From assembly GCF_022539665.2 (NCBI RefSeq), contig NC_081331.1:12710001-12774000 (forward strand): a DNA stretch of 64,000 bases, written 5' to 3'. The translations under genes and the position numbers were made by a program. Below the pieces are notes generated by a model. The model was not told the origin of the DNA, did not search any database, and saw only the letters and a list, made by a program, of their open reading frames with translations. Source of the DNA: Daphnia carinata. Taxonomy: Eukaryota. Positions 15,281-27,980 of this stretch are shown here, piece after piece (the stretch's first letter is position 1; each line of letters begins with the position of its first letter).

Positions 15281-16511
15281 ATACCCCAACTAATCAAATT
15301 TGAATCGTTTCAAAGATTTTTATGGCAAATATTTTTGTCCATGTCCAGAGTTTAAGATTTCAAGAGTTTATTTTACTTATGTGCACCATGGTTATACTAT
15401 GCTGGTTTCATGACTTTGTGCAAATTGTAAATATACCATGTGTAAGCAAAACGTGTAGTTACATCTCATCAATTTTTTTCACGCTTCTGCCATAAGCTTA
15501 TGCAAGCAATATAGATGACAGAACATCTACCTATATCTTTTCTACATTAATATAAGGAGATTCGGACTGACGCGTGTTTCTTTGCAGTTATGTGTGGGTT
15601 AGACAGCGAAGGCAGACTGTCTTGAATAAATCCCAGTGCATAATGTAGCCTACATGTATGTGTAACGTACGGCTATTATTATCAGCCTCAAATACACTCT
15701 AGTCTGGAACTAAGCGCGGATGCAGTATCGCATCATGCATAGATTAAAAGGATTAATTAAATTCCCTGCTTAAGCTTGATATCAAATCATAAAAAATTGC
15801 TACAACCACCGAAGGATATATTTTGCCATTGCGGCATTGGCATACACTAGTCTATCCAGCTACGGGTGCGTGCTACCAGGAGGTGCTACCGCATCAGGAG
15901 ATCCGTTTACCTGCCCGTAAGCCGATAACATAGCGCGTGCCAACAATGTCACATGCTGAAACGTGATTATGTCGCCTCAATAAAAATGCATTCATTTTGC
16001 TTTGTCTCCCCTACGTCTGATGTCCTTTACTTTAAATATTAGCGCAACCTGCGTTCGGTTTAATGTAATACCAAAAACTTAATGCATCCGCATAGGAGGC
16101 ATATACATTACCTTACAGGGAACGTTGCGAGACTTGAGCCTCTTTTCGAGCTCTGCCAACATTCACACTATGACACAGTTTGAAAAAGAGCCAGACCTTT
16201 CGTAGAACCTTGGATAATAACTTCGCGTGTGGAATATTATCACTCACATGCCTGATTAGGAAGCTACAATTTACGAATACAGTTCTATAGTAAAGAAAGA
16301 ATAAAATGACCCTGAGGTCCGAGAAAGATTTCTTGCGAAACCTGTCTACTCCTACCTTAAATAGGATTGGTTATTATAGAACGAATCATAAAGTTCCTGC
16401 CAACTGATTTCTCCTTTCACCCTCATTTGCACATCGCCTCGAGCAGAAGAAGAGAACGGTATCTACAATAGGTCATCCTCGTAACATCACTTTCATCTGT
16501 CTGCATCCGCA

Positions 16512-16518
16512 TATAAAA
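16512..16518 (+). promoter_or_regulatory. TATA box of the cuticular protein gene
   Basis: TATAAAA ~90 nt upstream of the ATG at 16602. Confidence 0.6.
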
Positions 16519-16601
16519 GGTGGCCAACGTCTTGAGATTATCATCACTACTCTTCAACTGTTTCCAGCAGAGCAGAACAGCAGAATCTTCTTCAAACAAA
16601 A

Positions 16602-17137
16602 ATGAAATTCGTATGTAACTTGTTTCTTTTTTTTATCTTCTTAATCTTCAGTCGTTAAACCTAAAACGATTTCTTTCGAAATTTAGATCATCGTTGCCGC
16701 CTTGTTCTCCGTTGCCTTAGCTGCAAAATTGGATGAACCAATCGCTATCGTCTCGTCCAACATTGAGATGAAAGAGGATGGAAGCTATTCTTTTGAGTAA
16801 GTTAAAGATGTTACGATGCAAATTGTTGTTATTCTTTAAGTATTTAGAGCTTGTTCATTGGCAACTTTTCAAAATGTTTAGTTTTGAAAGCGCTGACGGA
16901 ACTAAGGTTCAGGAAAGTGGAAGCCAGAAGCAAGTTGGACCTAAACCAGAGGATATCGGCACTGTTTCCAAGGGATCTTATTCCTACACCTCCCCCGATG
17001 GCGTCGTCATCACCGTCAACTGGGTTGCTGATGAGAAAGGTTTCCAGGCTACCGGTGACCACTTGCCCACTCCTCCCCCGATGCCCGAACATGTCGTCAA
17101 GCTCCTCGCTGATTTGAAGGCTGCCGGCGCTTTGTAA
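16602..17137 (+). CDS. Cuticular protein, RR-1 (Rebers-Riddiford chitin-binding) family
   Basis: MKF|IIVAALFSVALA signal; DGSYSFDFESADG...KGSYSYTSPDGVVITVNWVADEKGFQATGDHLPTPPP is a canonical RR-1 consensus. Three coding exons. Confidence 0.95.
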
Positions 17138-17943
17138 ACAGTCCAAATTACTTTCTCTTTATGTGTACATAACATCTGTATTATTTCATTTACATACAAG
17201 AAGGGAGAAACAAATATAGTAAACAATGCAAAATAAGCCTGCGTGGATCCGTGTGTATTCTTTCTTATAATGCCTTTCAATTGAAACATCTATAAAATCT
17301 CATTTAAACCAAAAGTTATTATGGACCTTTCCAAACAAAAAAGACTGTGTCCGGTATCATTCTCCTTGGTGACCTCGGTACGTTTTCGTTAGATTAGGCT
17401 CGTAATATCACAGGTTTTAAACCAGCGGCAATCCTATAAGATTAAGACTCGGTGAACTTGAAATTCATTTACGACAGTATTACTTCGGGAATGCCTATAA
17501 AAACATGACAGACCAACACCAGTCGCTTTAGTTCCGAATTTCCAAACCTCCCGATATTACGGCGGAACGCGGGCAATCATTTTTGTTCTGTTTGTTTTGT
17601 TTATTAAGTTTTTTTGTGCGCTCCGAATGCTGGAAAACGTTGAATAGAAGGCGCCGAATAAAGGTATTGTTTAAATAACTGACTTAATGTGTCTGACATC
17701 GGATAACTAGGTCAGCTCGATGTGGGCGAGGTTTTCGAACTTTCGTGTATGCCGAGGGCACACGTGTTTGAAGGTGAAAGTCAAACTCTAATGAAAATGA
17801 AAGTCTAGTTTTGGTTTCGTTCTCAGTTGAATAGACGTGGATCAAATAACGCATAACCTCCATCCTGGTCAGCTTTCTGCCGTACACGATCAAGACGTTT
17901 TAGCCAAAATCTGGTGAAAGAATATTTCGCTTGTAAGGTGGTA

Positions 17944-20514
17944 ATGGCTATCAACGTGGGTGGACTCGTTTCCATTATCGTGTTTTACCTGGTCATCTTG
18001 GCCGTAGGTATATGGGCTGGCTGGAAACATGGCAAGAAAAGCAACAAGGAGACGGGCACGGAGAGTGTGATGCTGGCTGGCAGAAACATGGGTGTGTTTG
18101 TTGGCATCATGACCATGACAGGTAAAATCATTTCACGATGTACTATTTAAATTTCAAGATTCTTTTCTAATGGTTATCGAATTAAAAAAAACAACTCTAT
18201 AGCTACATGGGTGGATGGAGGTTACATCATGGGGTCGGCCGAAGTGGTGTTTACTAGTGGCGTCGTTTGGTGTCAAGCGCCGTTTGGCTACGCAGTGGCT
18301 CTTTTCTTGGGTTCGCTTCGATAAATGTAATGAAATGATTGTGAATCTTCATTATTCTTCGCGAAAACTAGGTGGACTGTTTTTTGCTGGTCCGATGCGT
18401 AGCGCTGGCTACCATACGATGCTGGATCCATTCCAAGAAAAGTACGGAGCGAAAATTGGAGGCGTCCTTTACTTACCTGCGCTATGCGGTGAAATTTTAT
18501 GGTCGTCGGCTATCTTAGCTTCTCTCGGCTCCACGTTGAGCGTCATCCTCGGATTGGATAACACTATTGCCGTGCTGGTGAGCGCTTCAGTTGCAATGCT
18601 GTACACTCTGTTCGGAGGTCTTTACAGCGTCGCCTACACCGACGTCGTCCAACTCTTTTGCGTCGCCTTTGGATTGGTAAATTGATTTTAGAACAACGAT
18701 GCACTTAATACCTAATCAAGTCATCAAAGTATAGACATTTCAATCATTAAGATCCTATGCGTTCCCTTTGCGTGGAACAATCCTGCCGTTGACATGAATA
18801 GCACAAGTTCGGACACCTGGGGCGGCACCATCGAAACACACAACATTGGAGTGTACACCGAAAATTACCTTTTACTCATCATGGGAGGGATTCCCTGGCA
18901 GGTATCTTTGATCGCTAGACTATCGTATTTCTATTTTCATTCGTGTGCAACAACGCAAATTAGGTGTATTTTCAACGAGTGTTGGCGTTCAGAACACCCA
19001 AACAAGCGCAGACCATGTCTTACGTTGCTGGACTAGGATCTATTCTAATGGCAGCTCCACCAATTTTGCTCGGAGCTGTCGCTACTGCAACAGGTTTGTA
19101 ACAATAAAATGATAACCTTACATAGGCATTCGTATCTCTTTTTATGACGTCACATTACCCCCAACGAATTAGCCGACCTTGAGCCTTTGTTGTTTGACGC
19201 AACAAAATCTAGGGTGACGATCAAATAGAAGACGGGAAACTTCCGTTTTACGTCGAAAGTTACGACATCCATTATCCGATTTCGGGAAACGGGATTTTCT
19301 ATTGAAAAATATGCCTCTCCCGTCTTCGATTTTCATAAGAACTTCTTCGTTCAACCATTTTTTTTTTTAACTATTAACATTTAGATTGGAGTGTTGCGAC
19401 GAACGGAAGCATAAACGTCACTGCTGAGGAGAATGGAAAAATTATATTGCCCTTGGTTTTGCAGTATCTCACACCTGCCGTAAAGATATTTGAATATTTC
19501 TGATTTCGTTATTCTCGAATTACCAGACATGTAAATTCATTTCGAATTCCAGTGGGTTTCATATATTGGTCTCGGAGCGGTTTCTGCTGCGGCCATGTCT
19601 TCTGCCGATTCTTCTATGCTTTCGTCTAGTTCCATGTTTGCACGTAATATTTACCAAGCTATTTTTTTCCCTTTGGTAAGCATCTGCTAGATACCGATCT
19701 ACACATTTTCCCTCTTCATCATTTAATAATTTAAAATGCACCAGGTGTCCGAGCGTCACGTTGTCCGCGTTATTTGGGTGGCAATTGTCGTTGTGGCTGC
19801 TTTGGCTTCTTTAGTGGCTCTGACCGTCAACTCTATCTACGGATTGTTGTATGTTACTGGAAGTAAATTATTTAAAAAACATGTTAAATCATTCTACCTG
19901 AAAATTTACAGCGTGCTGAGTGCTGATTTGGTTTATGTCCTGTTGTTTCCACAACTTTTGTTGGTTATCCATTGGAAGAAACATTGCAATTCTTATGGAT
20001 CTATCGTCAGCATGGTGACAGGATTTATCTTCCGGATATTAGGTAATTTGATTCACATTTTAATCTGCTTGGTTGATGATAGGCATACATTCGTTTGTTT
20101 GATTCAACCGATTTTGTTTTCAATACTTTAGGAGGCGAACCTCTTCTTGGATTACCTGTAATCCTGGCTTATCCTTATTACGACCCCGAGTTGGGCCAGT
20201 TATTTCCATTCCGGACGTTGTGCATGATCATAGCGCTTGTATCGCACATGTTCGTATCACTATTGGCATCTTGGATATTCAAAAAAAATTACCTTCCAAT
20301 GAAATGGGATGTCTTGCATTGTTTTGACACCCCTGACGAGTCCTGTGCCTCACCGTCAGTGCGTCAAAATTCAAGCATTTTAGAGGAGAAATCAGTGGAC
20401 GACAATTGCAACTGCCAATTAAGTAGCAACTCGTCAGCAGTTACCCTGTCAGCAGAAGAATTTGAGCTCACTACAACGCATCAAGGGCAGATCAACCCAA
20501 CATTTACGTTTTAG
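17944..20514 (+). CDS. SLC5A7: High-affinity choline transporter (SLC5 sodium:solute symporter family)
   Basis: [33 protein letters not shown]...[76 protein letters not shown]...QLFPFRT. About 10 exons. Confidence 0.92.
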
Positions 20515-21896
20515 CTGTCATGAAATTAAGCAACCGTTTCATCTTGCCACATGATTAAAATACCCCCATCTAGTTGTTAAACAGGATAGACTAAATTTGC
20601 CAAAGTAGAGTACTAATATTCGTGCATCCGCTTATTCAAGTGTTGTCGTTGTGTGTTATCAATTACTATAAAATATATCTCACGAACTTATTATGCTACT
20701 TCCTTTTTTCTTCTGTTTTCCTAGTAAGGACATATTAGACACGAATGAGGATCAGCTCCGCATACTGCAACTAAGAGAATCCCGTTGCCCCAATAACGAA
20801 ATAACTGAAGGTAGTATTACCATTGACGTGAAGGCCCGGGACCTTTGACAGCTGCAACTATGAACGAATGGATTTCCGTTCCACTGACCTACTTGACAAC
20901 CCATTCGAGTGACGTTCAATTTCTCACCCTACACGGCATTAAATATTAAGACACCTTTATAAGGCCTTATTTATTCATCAGCTGGGGATATCACATGAGA
21001 TTAATCAGACAAAAACGTCCCGACATTCAGCCGATGCTCACACGACACGCAGCGAAAGATTCCCACAGATGTTGAAGCGTAAACAGAATAGATGTAGAAC
21101 TCCATTAAACATTGCTGAGAAAAAAAAAAATAACGTTTACAAGAGCAACAACAAAACAAAATTCTTTCGTGATTCTTGAAACTGCACGCTAAAACGCAGA
21201 TATAAAGAATCTTAGTGGAAGTGTTGGCAAACCACAGTACATCCGTATTTTTTTCGTTAGCATTAATGGTCCCTGTCCGGCTTGCTCAATTTTTTGAATG
21301 CATTCTCGCCATCCGTAACGATGACGTCATAGGTTCGTGAGCCAAGTCTCTTTTGCCCGCGGCTTACTTGTGACAGCATTAGCTCGAGGCCATGTATTTA
21401 TGTATTCTACACACACTCACGCACACACACGCACAAAGCTCTAACACACGAACGTGTATACTTGCCTCTGGGTTCGGATACATCCACTTCAGTTCAAGGC
21501 AAACGAACACAAATTTCAGTCAGACCTCGCCATTCGCGATAACTACACCGCATCAGTTTCATTGGCACCGAATGTATTTTTTTTTTGTATCCACCGCAAG
21601 CCTGTGATAGTGGTTTTAACTAGCACCGAGTAGGATTACAGTCTACTTCCAACGTACTTGATTTACGACTAAATAGCCTCATTCGATAGTTCGACACTGT
21701 GTGCGTAGTCGGTAGGTATACTCGTGGTGTAACAGCTCAGACAAAGTGATAAGAGTCACGTTTTATCTCCTCGTTCCCCTACATTTTTCTCCGACTCTTT
21801 GCGTGAATTCGTGCTTCAGCATTTAGCGTACTAAAGGCGACAGTCTGTGTTTTGAGTGGCTGACGTTTGAATGTTCGTGATCGCCAGGCCGTCAAC

Positions 21897-24800
21897 ATGA
21901 ACAACCACATACGCATGGAATATATGCACCTGTTGCCCTGGCGCCGACTCGCTAAAGAAAACGGAGATGAGGAACTTGGAATAGATGACGACAATGTATT
22001 TATACACATAGTTTGTAATTTTTACCCTATGGTAATTAATTTTCTTTTTTTTTTTTTTTTACAAAGTTATCTGAATCCGAAACTCACTATCACGATGTCA
22101 ACAACCCACGGGGGTCGGTGTACAGCAAGTACAGGTACGTAAACAAAAAGAAATAAAAAACAGGTTTCGTAAAAATAACTTTTCATTGATCCCATTGAAC
22201 AATTTCCCTCGTCCAGTTTAAACGAAGGTGATTTAAAACTCTTGGGCTTTATTCGCGAAGACAATGGAATTATCGAAGAAACTGAAACGGCTAGTGGAAT
22301 GTATTGCACCACTGTTAACCAACGTCTGATGATGGCCATTGAAGACAGAGACACAGTAAGAAAAATAAAACAAGAATAACAATATTATTTGATTGTGCTT
22401 TTTCTTCTAATGCTACGTAATATTATTTTAAACAGGGTGGAATCGAATTTTGCCTAAAAAACGGAGCGGACCCCAACGGTCAATACGGACCCAACAAAAT
22501 CACAGCGCTTCATTTAGCGGTTAGACATTTCGTAATTTTTGTTGTTTCGAGTCTTGCATAATACGTTATTGATTATTCATATTTGATTTCTTAGACGGTT
22601 GGAGCGCCTGAGGCTGTACAAGTTCTTTTGAAACACGGCGCTGACGTAAAAGCGGCCGATTCGAGGGGCATAACACCACTTCACCTAGCTGCTGGCATTG
22701 GTTGTGAGGATCTGGTCCAGCAGCTGATCGTTGCTGGAGCTGACGTAAACGTACAGGATTACGCAAGAGAGAATGGAGGAGGACAGGAAACCCCACTCCA
22801 TCGGGCGGCTGTCGGAGGTCATCTGGAAGCGTTGCGACAATTGATTCATGGTGGAGCTCAGGTAAAGAATATCAAACCTCAAGTCCTTTGTTCATGTCGT
22901 CACTCATTGAATAATAACAGGTGGATATTGGCGAAGCCAGAGGACGGACACCACTTCATTACGCAGCTCAGCGAGGAGCAGCTGGCTGCATCCAGGCCCT
23001 ATTGGATTATCAAGCCGATCCCAACCTATCCGATAAAACAGGTGCTACTGCATTGCTACTCTTAGGAGGAGGTTACCTCATCAAGGGACATCGTCGTGTT
23101 TCAGGGTATTTAATTTAAAATTCCATTCGAAAAATGCTTCTTTAGTATACTTAATACAATTGGCTACAGGTATTCCGAAAGTGTTGAAATTCTAATCAGA
23201 GGAGGAGCCAAAGTGAATGTCAAAGACCCGAACACGGGCGTTACTCCCTTGCACCAAGCCGTAACGCTTGGCCGGTTGGAGTCGACCAAATTACTGCTGG
23301 CATCCGGTGCCGATCTGACCGCACAGGACAGCGAAGGTGGCACTCCGTTTCACTCTTGCGCACTCAAAGGACAAGCGTCTACTCTCAAATATTTATTATC
23401 CCAGCCGGGCGCTAGAGATGCCGTCAATTTGGCCGATTCTAGAGGTCGTATGCCGCTTCATAAAGCAGCTTACCGTGGCTCGGCCGAATGTATTCAACTT
23501 TTGCTGAAAGCTGGCGCCGACCTGGGTGCCAAAACCAAAACGGGCTTGAGTGCGGCCACGCTCATTCTCCAATTGCCGAATGGGGCGAAAATTTTGAGCA
23601 AAAGGCTGGATGAATCCATCATCTCTAACGGAATCGATCCGAGCGAAGTGGCCTGTCGTATCAAGTTCGATTATTCAGTGTTGCTGACGAAGCACAAATT
23701 CCAGCAAATGGGCGTTATCGAGGATATCATGGATGACAGACGTCAGAGGCGTACGGCTGATTTGCTTCAACATCCGGTCATCGAGTCCTTCCTATATTTG
23801 AAATGGCGCAAGATCCGATTTCTCTTCTTTTCAAACATTCTTTTGTATTTGATTCTGGTATCGGGGGTAACCGCCTACGTTCTATCGAGCGTTTGGAATG
23901 ACCCTGTACCGCCAGTTGAACCTCAAGTCACAACAATTTCTCCGGAATTGAATATCAGCGAAACAACAACGGAACCTTTAGTTACAAGTCCAATCGCTTC
24001 GGAACCAGAAACAGTGCTGCAATTGCAATTATCCTTGAACATCATTATACTAATCATCATCGTGCAGGAGGCAATTCAGTTTACGTCACTACATTATCAG
24101 TATTTCCGCGAACCAGAGTCTTGGATAAAACTGGGAGCTCTTGTGACGTCAACCATCGTCATCTTCTCTGCCCCTCCTTGGCCAAGCTGGGTTCATCATG
24201 TGTCAGCTGTGGCTGTTCTTCTAGGCTGGTCTGAGGTCACTCTTCTCCTCGGACGGTAAATTGAATTTATAGCATAAAGAATGAACAAAACAAATTATTA
24301 TCTTGAATCATTTAGATTGCCAACGTTTGGGGTTTATGCACTCATGTTCTACGCGGTGGCACAGCACCTGGTCAAATTCATCTTCGTCTTTTTCTTTTTC
24401 CTCGCTGGCTTCTCGTTTAGTTTCCATCTTGTTTTCAAAGATCGACACGAAACGTTCAGCTCACCGGGGACGTCACTGTTGCGCACGTTTGCTATGATGA
24501 TTGGTGATACTTCTTATGACGAGTAAGTACTAACGATCTAAAATAATTCTTGTTCTCTGGTTAGTTAACTGACGTTGTTTTTTATTTTCTTAGTTACATG
24601 ACTGCAGGCAACGTCAGTCTAGAAGGAACGGCGCATGTCATCTACTTCTTTTTCCTCGTACTAGTTTCACTTATCCTGATGAACTTGCTTATTGGCTTGG
24701 CCGTCAACGATATTCAAGGGCTTCAGAAAGAAGGCAGCATCAAGAGGTTGCGTAAACAGGCCGAATTCATCGTCTATCTGGAGGACATAGCTAGCAATCG

Positions 24801-25416
24801 ATTTTTACGTTGGCTTCTCTTCTGCTCTGGGATCATCCAGCGATTAAACATGTGGATCAACTTGGAACCTGTTTTCACATTCAGCCCTGCCGGACGGAAA
24901 ATGAAAGTCGTCGTCTTACCATCAACAACAGTGGAACGAGCTGTGGCCATAGTTCAAGAAGGTCGTGTACCAGTGGAAAGTATGACCATAAGCGATACTT
25001 ACAATCTTTTACACGAGTGTGTAGCTTCTATCGGAACTCTCCGGCAACGAATCGAAAGCTTAGAACGGGGTCTGATTGGACCTTCATCGGCGACAGCTCC
25101 GCCGGATTCCGGCTCTTCTGAAACAGTTGAACTGAGCGGAGATGCCGGTGTCAATCAGGAGCCTCCAGATTCGGCTGATCAACAAGAGGATTCTGATTCT
25201 TCTGTTTCTGAACTGGATTATCCCAAAAGTCACAAGGGCGATCCGGATGGCATTTCAGATCATCGAGATGGGCCTTACAGTAGGCTGGGCAGATCGTTGT
25301 CGCGTAAGACCAACAAGACAACCAAAACCGTTTTGAAGCGTTCCATCCAATCAGAGTTACTAGACATTAAAAGAATGTTAATAACTCTCACTTCCAAAGA
25401 CGACATCTCATCCTAA
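21897..25416 (+). CDS. TRPA-family ankyrin-repeat cation channel (pyrexia/water witch-like)
   Basis: Multiple ankyrin repeats (GITPLHLAA, ETPLHRAA, GRTPLHYAA, GVTPLHQA, GRMPLHKAA), then LLQHPVIESFLYLKWRKIR, six TM segments, TFAMMIG pore helix and LILMNLLIGLAVNDIQ. Start exon inferred from splice phases. Confidence 0.9.
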
Positions 25417-25699
25417 ACCACATAACTTATTTCGTCTTTTGTTTTGAAGTCCGCACTTGTTTTGTACTGATATGCATGTTACCTGTTAATGCATCCCTTC
25501 GCTTTATCTTTTGTTATACCGCAATATTCCACAAACTGTGATTCAACTTATTCATTGAAAAATTACGAATATACCAAGCCAAAACCGCATTATCATGTTA
25601 TGACATCCCCACCTTTCCGTAATTAGAGCACCACTCACCTGGCTTTCCTAGTTTGAGTTATTTAAAGTCAAACGTGATTACACCGAAAGCTCATTGATT

Positions 25700-26275
25700 C
25701 TGGTTTTATTTGGAATCAAATTCATGTATTTTTATAGCTATATCTAGAGGTTTTGAAAAAAAAAAATGAAATGAGCGAAAAAGTCGGGCTTATTTTTTTT
25801 GTCGGGCTTAATTTTTCTCTCGTTTTTTTCGTTTTTCTTTCTAAAGCTATAAGCCCAACGTAAAAATAAACTTCATTTTTGTGATTATCGTTCAATTTTG
25901 AATCGGAATCATGTATTTTCAACCAAATCTAAATTTTGACCAAAAATGAAAAAGTGAGAAGCCTTCCCACTCTTACCAAAATCTGCATAAAATGAAAACT
26001 CTTATAATCCCATAAAAATCACAAGGTACAAGCAAAATTAAACGCTTATTTCGATAAAGTGGTTTGTTTTTGCGTCGAATCAATCATTTTTGAAAGACAC
26101 CGAATAATTATCACAACGCCAGCACGCTACAGCGCTAGCGCGATGCAGCACAAATATTCGTTGTATTTCAAAAACGGTTGATCTAATGAACAAAAGAACG
26201 ACACATTTGTGATTTTCGTTCCATTTAGAATCAAATTCATGTATTTTATAGCAAATTTTGAGTATGGCAAAAATT
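25700..26275. repeat. AT-rich interspersed repeat / probable non-autonomous transposon remnant, copy 1
   Basis: 25845-26047 aligns by eye with 45120-45325. Short TCGGGCTTA repeats at 25785-25810; internal direct repeat GAATCAAATTCATGTATTTT at ~25713 and ~26228. Confidence 0.55.
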
Positions 26276-26698
26276 CAGGGTTGTAATTTTGGCATTAAAT
26301 TTGATTTAAGGTAACCTAAGATAAAACGTTGATTTCAGGAAAAGTACTTATTTTCTCCTCAAAACAGCCGTTTTTGTAATAAATGGAATTAACGCTCTGC
26401 TGACGCGCAAGCATTTATCGTCGAAAACGATCTCGAGATAAACGACAAACCAGAGAACAGTGGGTTCTCTATAAAATGTCAAATGGTGTTCCCTAGCATA
26501 AATTTTCCTTTTTTTTAGAGCTATATTTTCCTATCACCAGTTTCTACTTTGTTTCGATCCTACTTCCGAAAATAATTCGTCCGTGACATGGCTTTTTTTT
26601 TTAGTTAAAACAGGCAAAAAATTATATTGTTTCATACACACTCAGACTATACACTAATACGAGTCGAAGATTATTACAAAAAAATTTTAACATGTTTG

Positions 26699-27980
26699 TT
26701 AGCCGTAGTAGGATCCTCTATAGCCTCCATGTCCACCAGCGTAGCCGCTATATCCTCCTTGATATCCACCGTATCCACCGCGATAAACCTTGCGTTTCTT
26801 TTCAGCTGCCTCCAGATCCGCTTCTTGGATGGACCTGCCTTTGCGTCCCTTATATCCTTTGTTGCGATGTTCAGCAGTTTGCTGATCTACAGCAACTGGT
26901 TCTTCTACGGCTGAGCGGCCTTTACGTCCCTTGTATCCCTTGTTGCGATGTTCAGCAGTTTCCAGGTCTGCAACAGAGCGGCCTTTACGTCCCTTGTAGC
27001 CTTTGTTGCGGTGCTCAGCGGTTTCTTGGTCTGCAGCAGCAGCTTCCTCTACGACAGAGCGGCCCTTACGCCCCTTGTATCCTTTGTTTCGATGTTCAGC
27101 GGTCTCCTGGTCTACAGCAGTGGCTTCCTCTACGACAGAGCGGCCCTTACGTCCCTTGTAGCCTTTGTTTCTATGTTCAGCGGTTTCCTGGTCTGCAGCG
27201 GTGGCTTCCTCTACGACGGAGCGGCCCTTGCGTCCCTTATAGCCTTTGTTGCGATGCTCAGCGGTTTCCTGGTCTGCAGCAGTGGATTCCTCTACGACAG
27301 AGCGGCCTTTACGTCCCTTGTAGCCTTTGTTTCGATGTTCAGCGGTTTCCTGGTCTACAGCAGTAGCTTCCTCTACGACAGAGCGGCCCTTACGTCCCTT
27401 GTAGCCTTTATTGCGGTGTTCAGCAGTCTCTAGATCTACCAAGGGTTTTTCTTCTCCTAGGGATCGGCCTTTGCGGCCTTTGTAGCCTTTGTTGCGATGT
27501 TCGGCAGTTTCCTGATCAGCAACAGATGCTTCTTCTCCGAGAGAGCGGCCTTTACGCCCCTTGTATCCCTTATGGCGATGTTCAGCAGTTTCCAGATCTG
27601 CGACAGCTGCTTCTTCTTCAGCAGAGCGGCCTTTACGCCCCTTGTATCCCTTTTTACGATGTTCAGCGGCTTCTAGGTCTGTCTCTTCTCCGGGGGAACG
27701 GCCTTTGCGGCCTTTGTATCCCTTGTAGCGATGCTCTGCAGTTTCTAGGTCTGAAACAGCCGTTTTGACCTGCTGCAGCTCCTCTGCAGCAGCCACCAAG
27801 GCCACTAAACACGCTAATGCGATCTAATGGAAGAATATAACGTAAAAGAGCCAATCAGACACAAAGAAATTACAGCCCAAAACACATTGTTAGATATGTG
27901 ATACCATCAAATCAAAAACACATGGCTAATCAACGTATATTAAAACACTAATTAAGTAAAACTCTTACCACGATTCTCAT
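26699..27980 (-). CDS. Multi-peptide precursor gene A: 12 x HRxKGYKGRKGR plus a C-terminal Gly/Tyr peptide
   Basis: Exon 1 27969-27980 (MRIV), exon 2 26699-27823. Signal IALACLVALVAA; acidic spacers ending D(L/Q)(E/Q)(T/A)AE alternate with the cationic repeat. Confidence 0.9.
26830..27760 (-). repeat. Coding tandem repeat, ~81-nt unit, 12 copies
   Basis: Unit encodes spacer + HRNKGYKGRKGR; the central units are nearly identical at the DNA level. Confidence 0.9.

Noticed and set aside
26830..27760. CRISPR-like repeat-spacer appearance of the 81-nt array
   Set aside because: Eukaryotic context, spacers are homologous to each other, the array is in frame within a spliced secreted ORF, and there are no cas genes.
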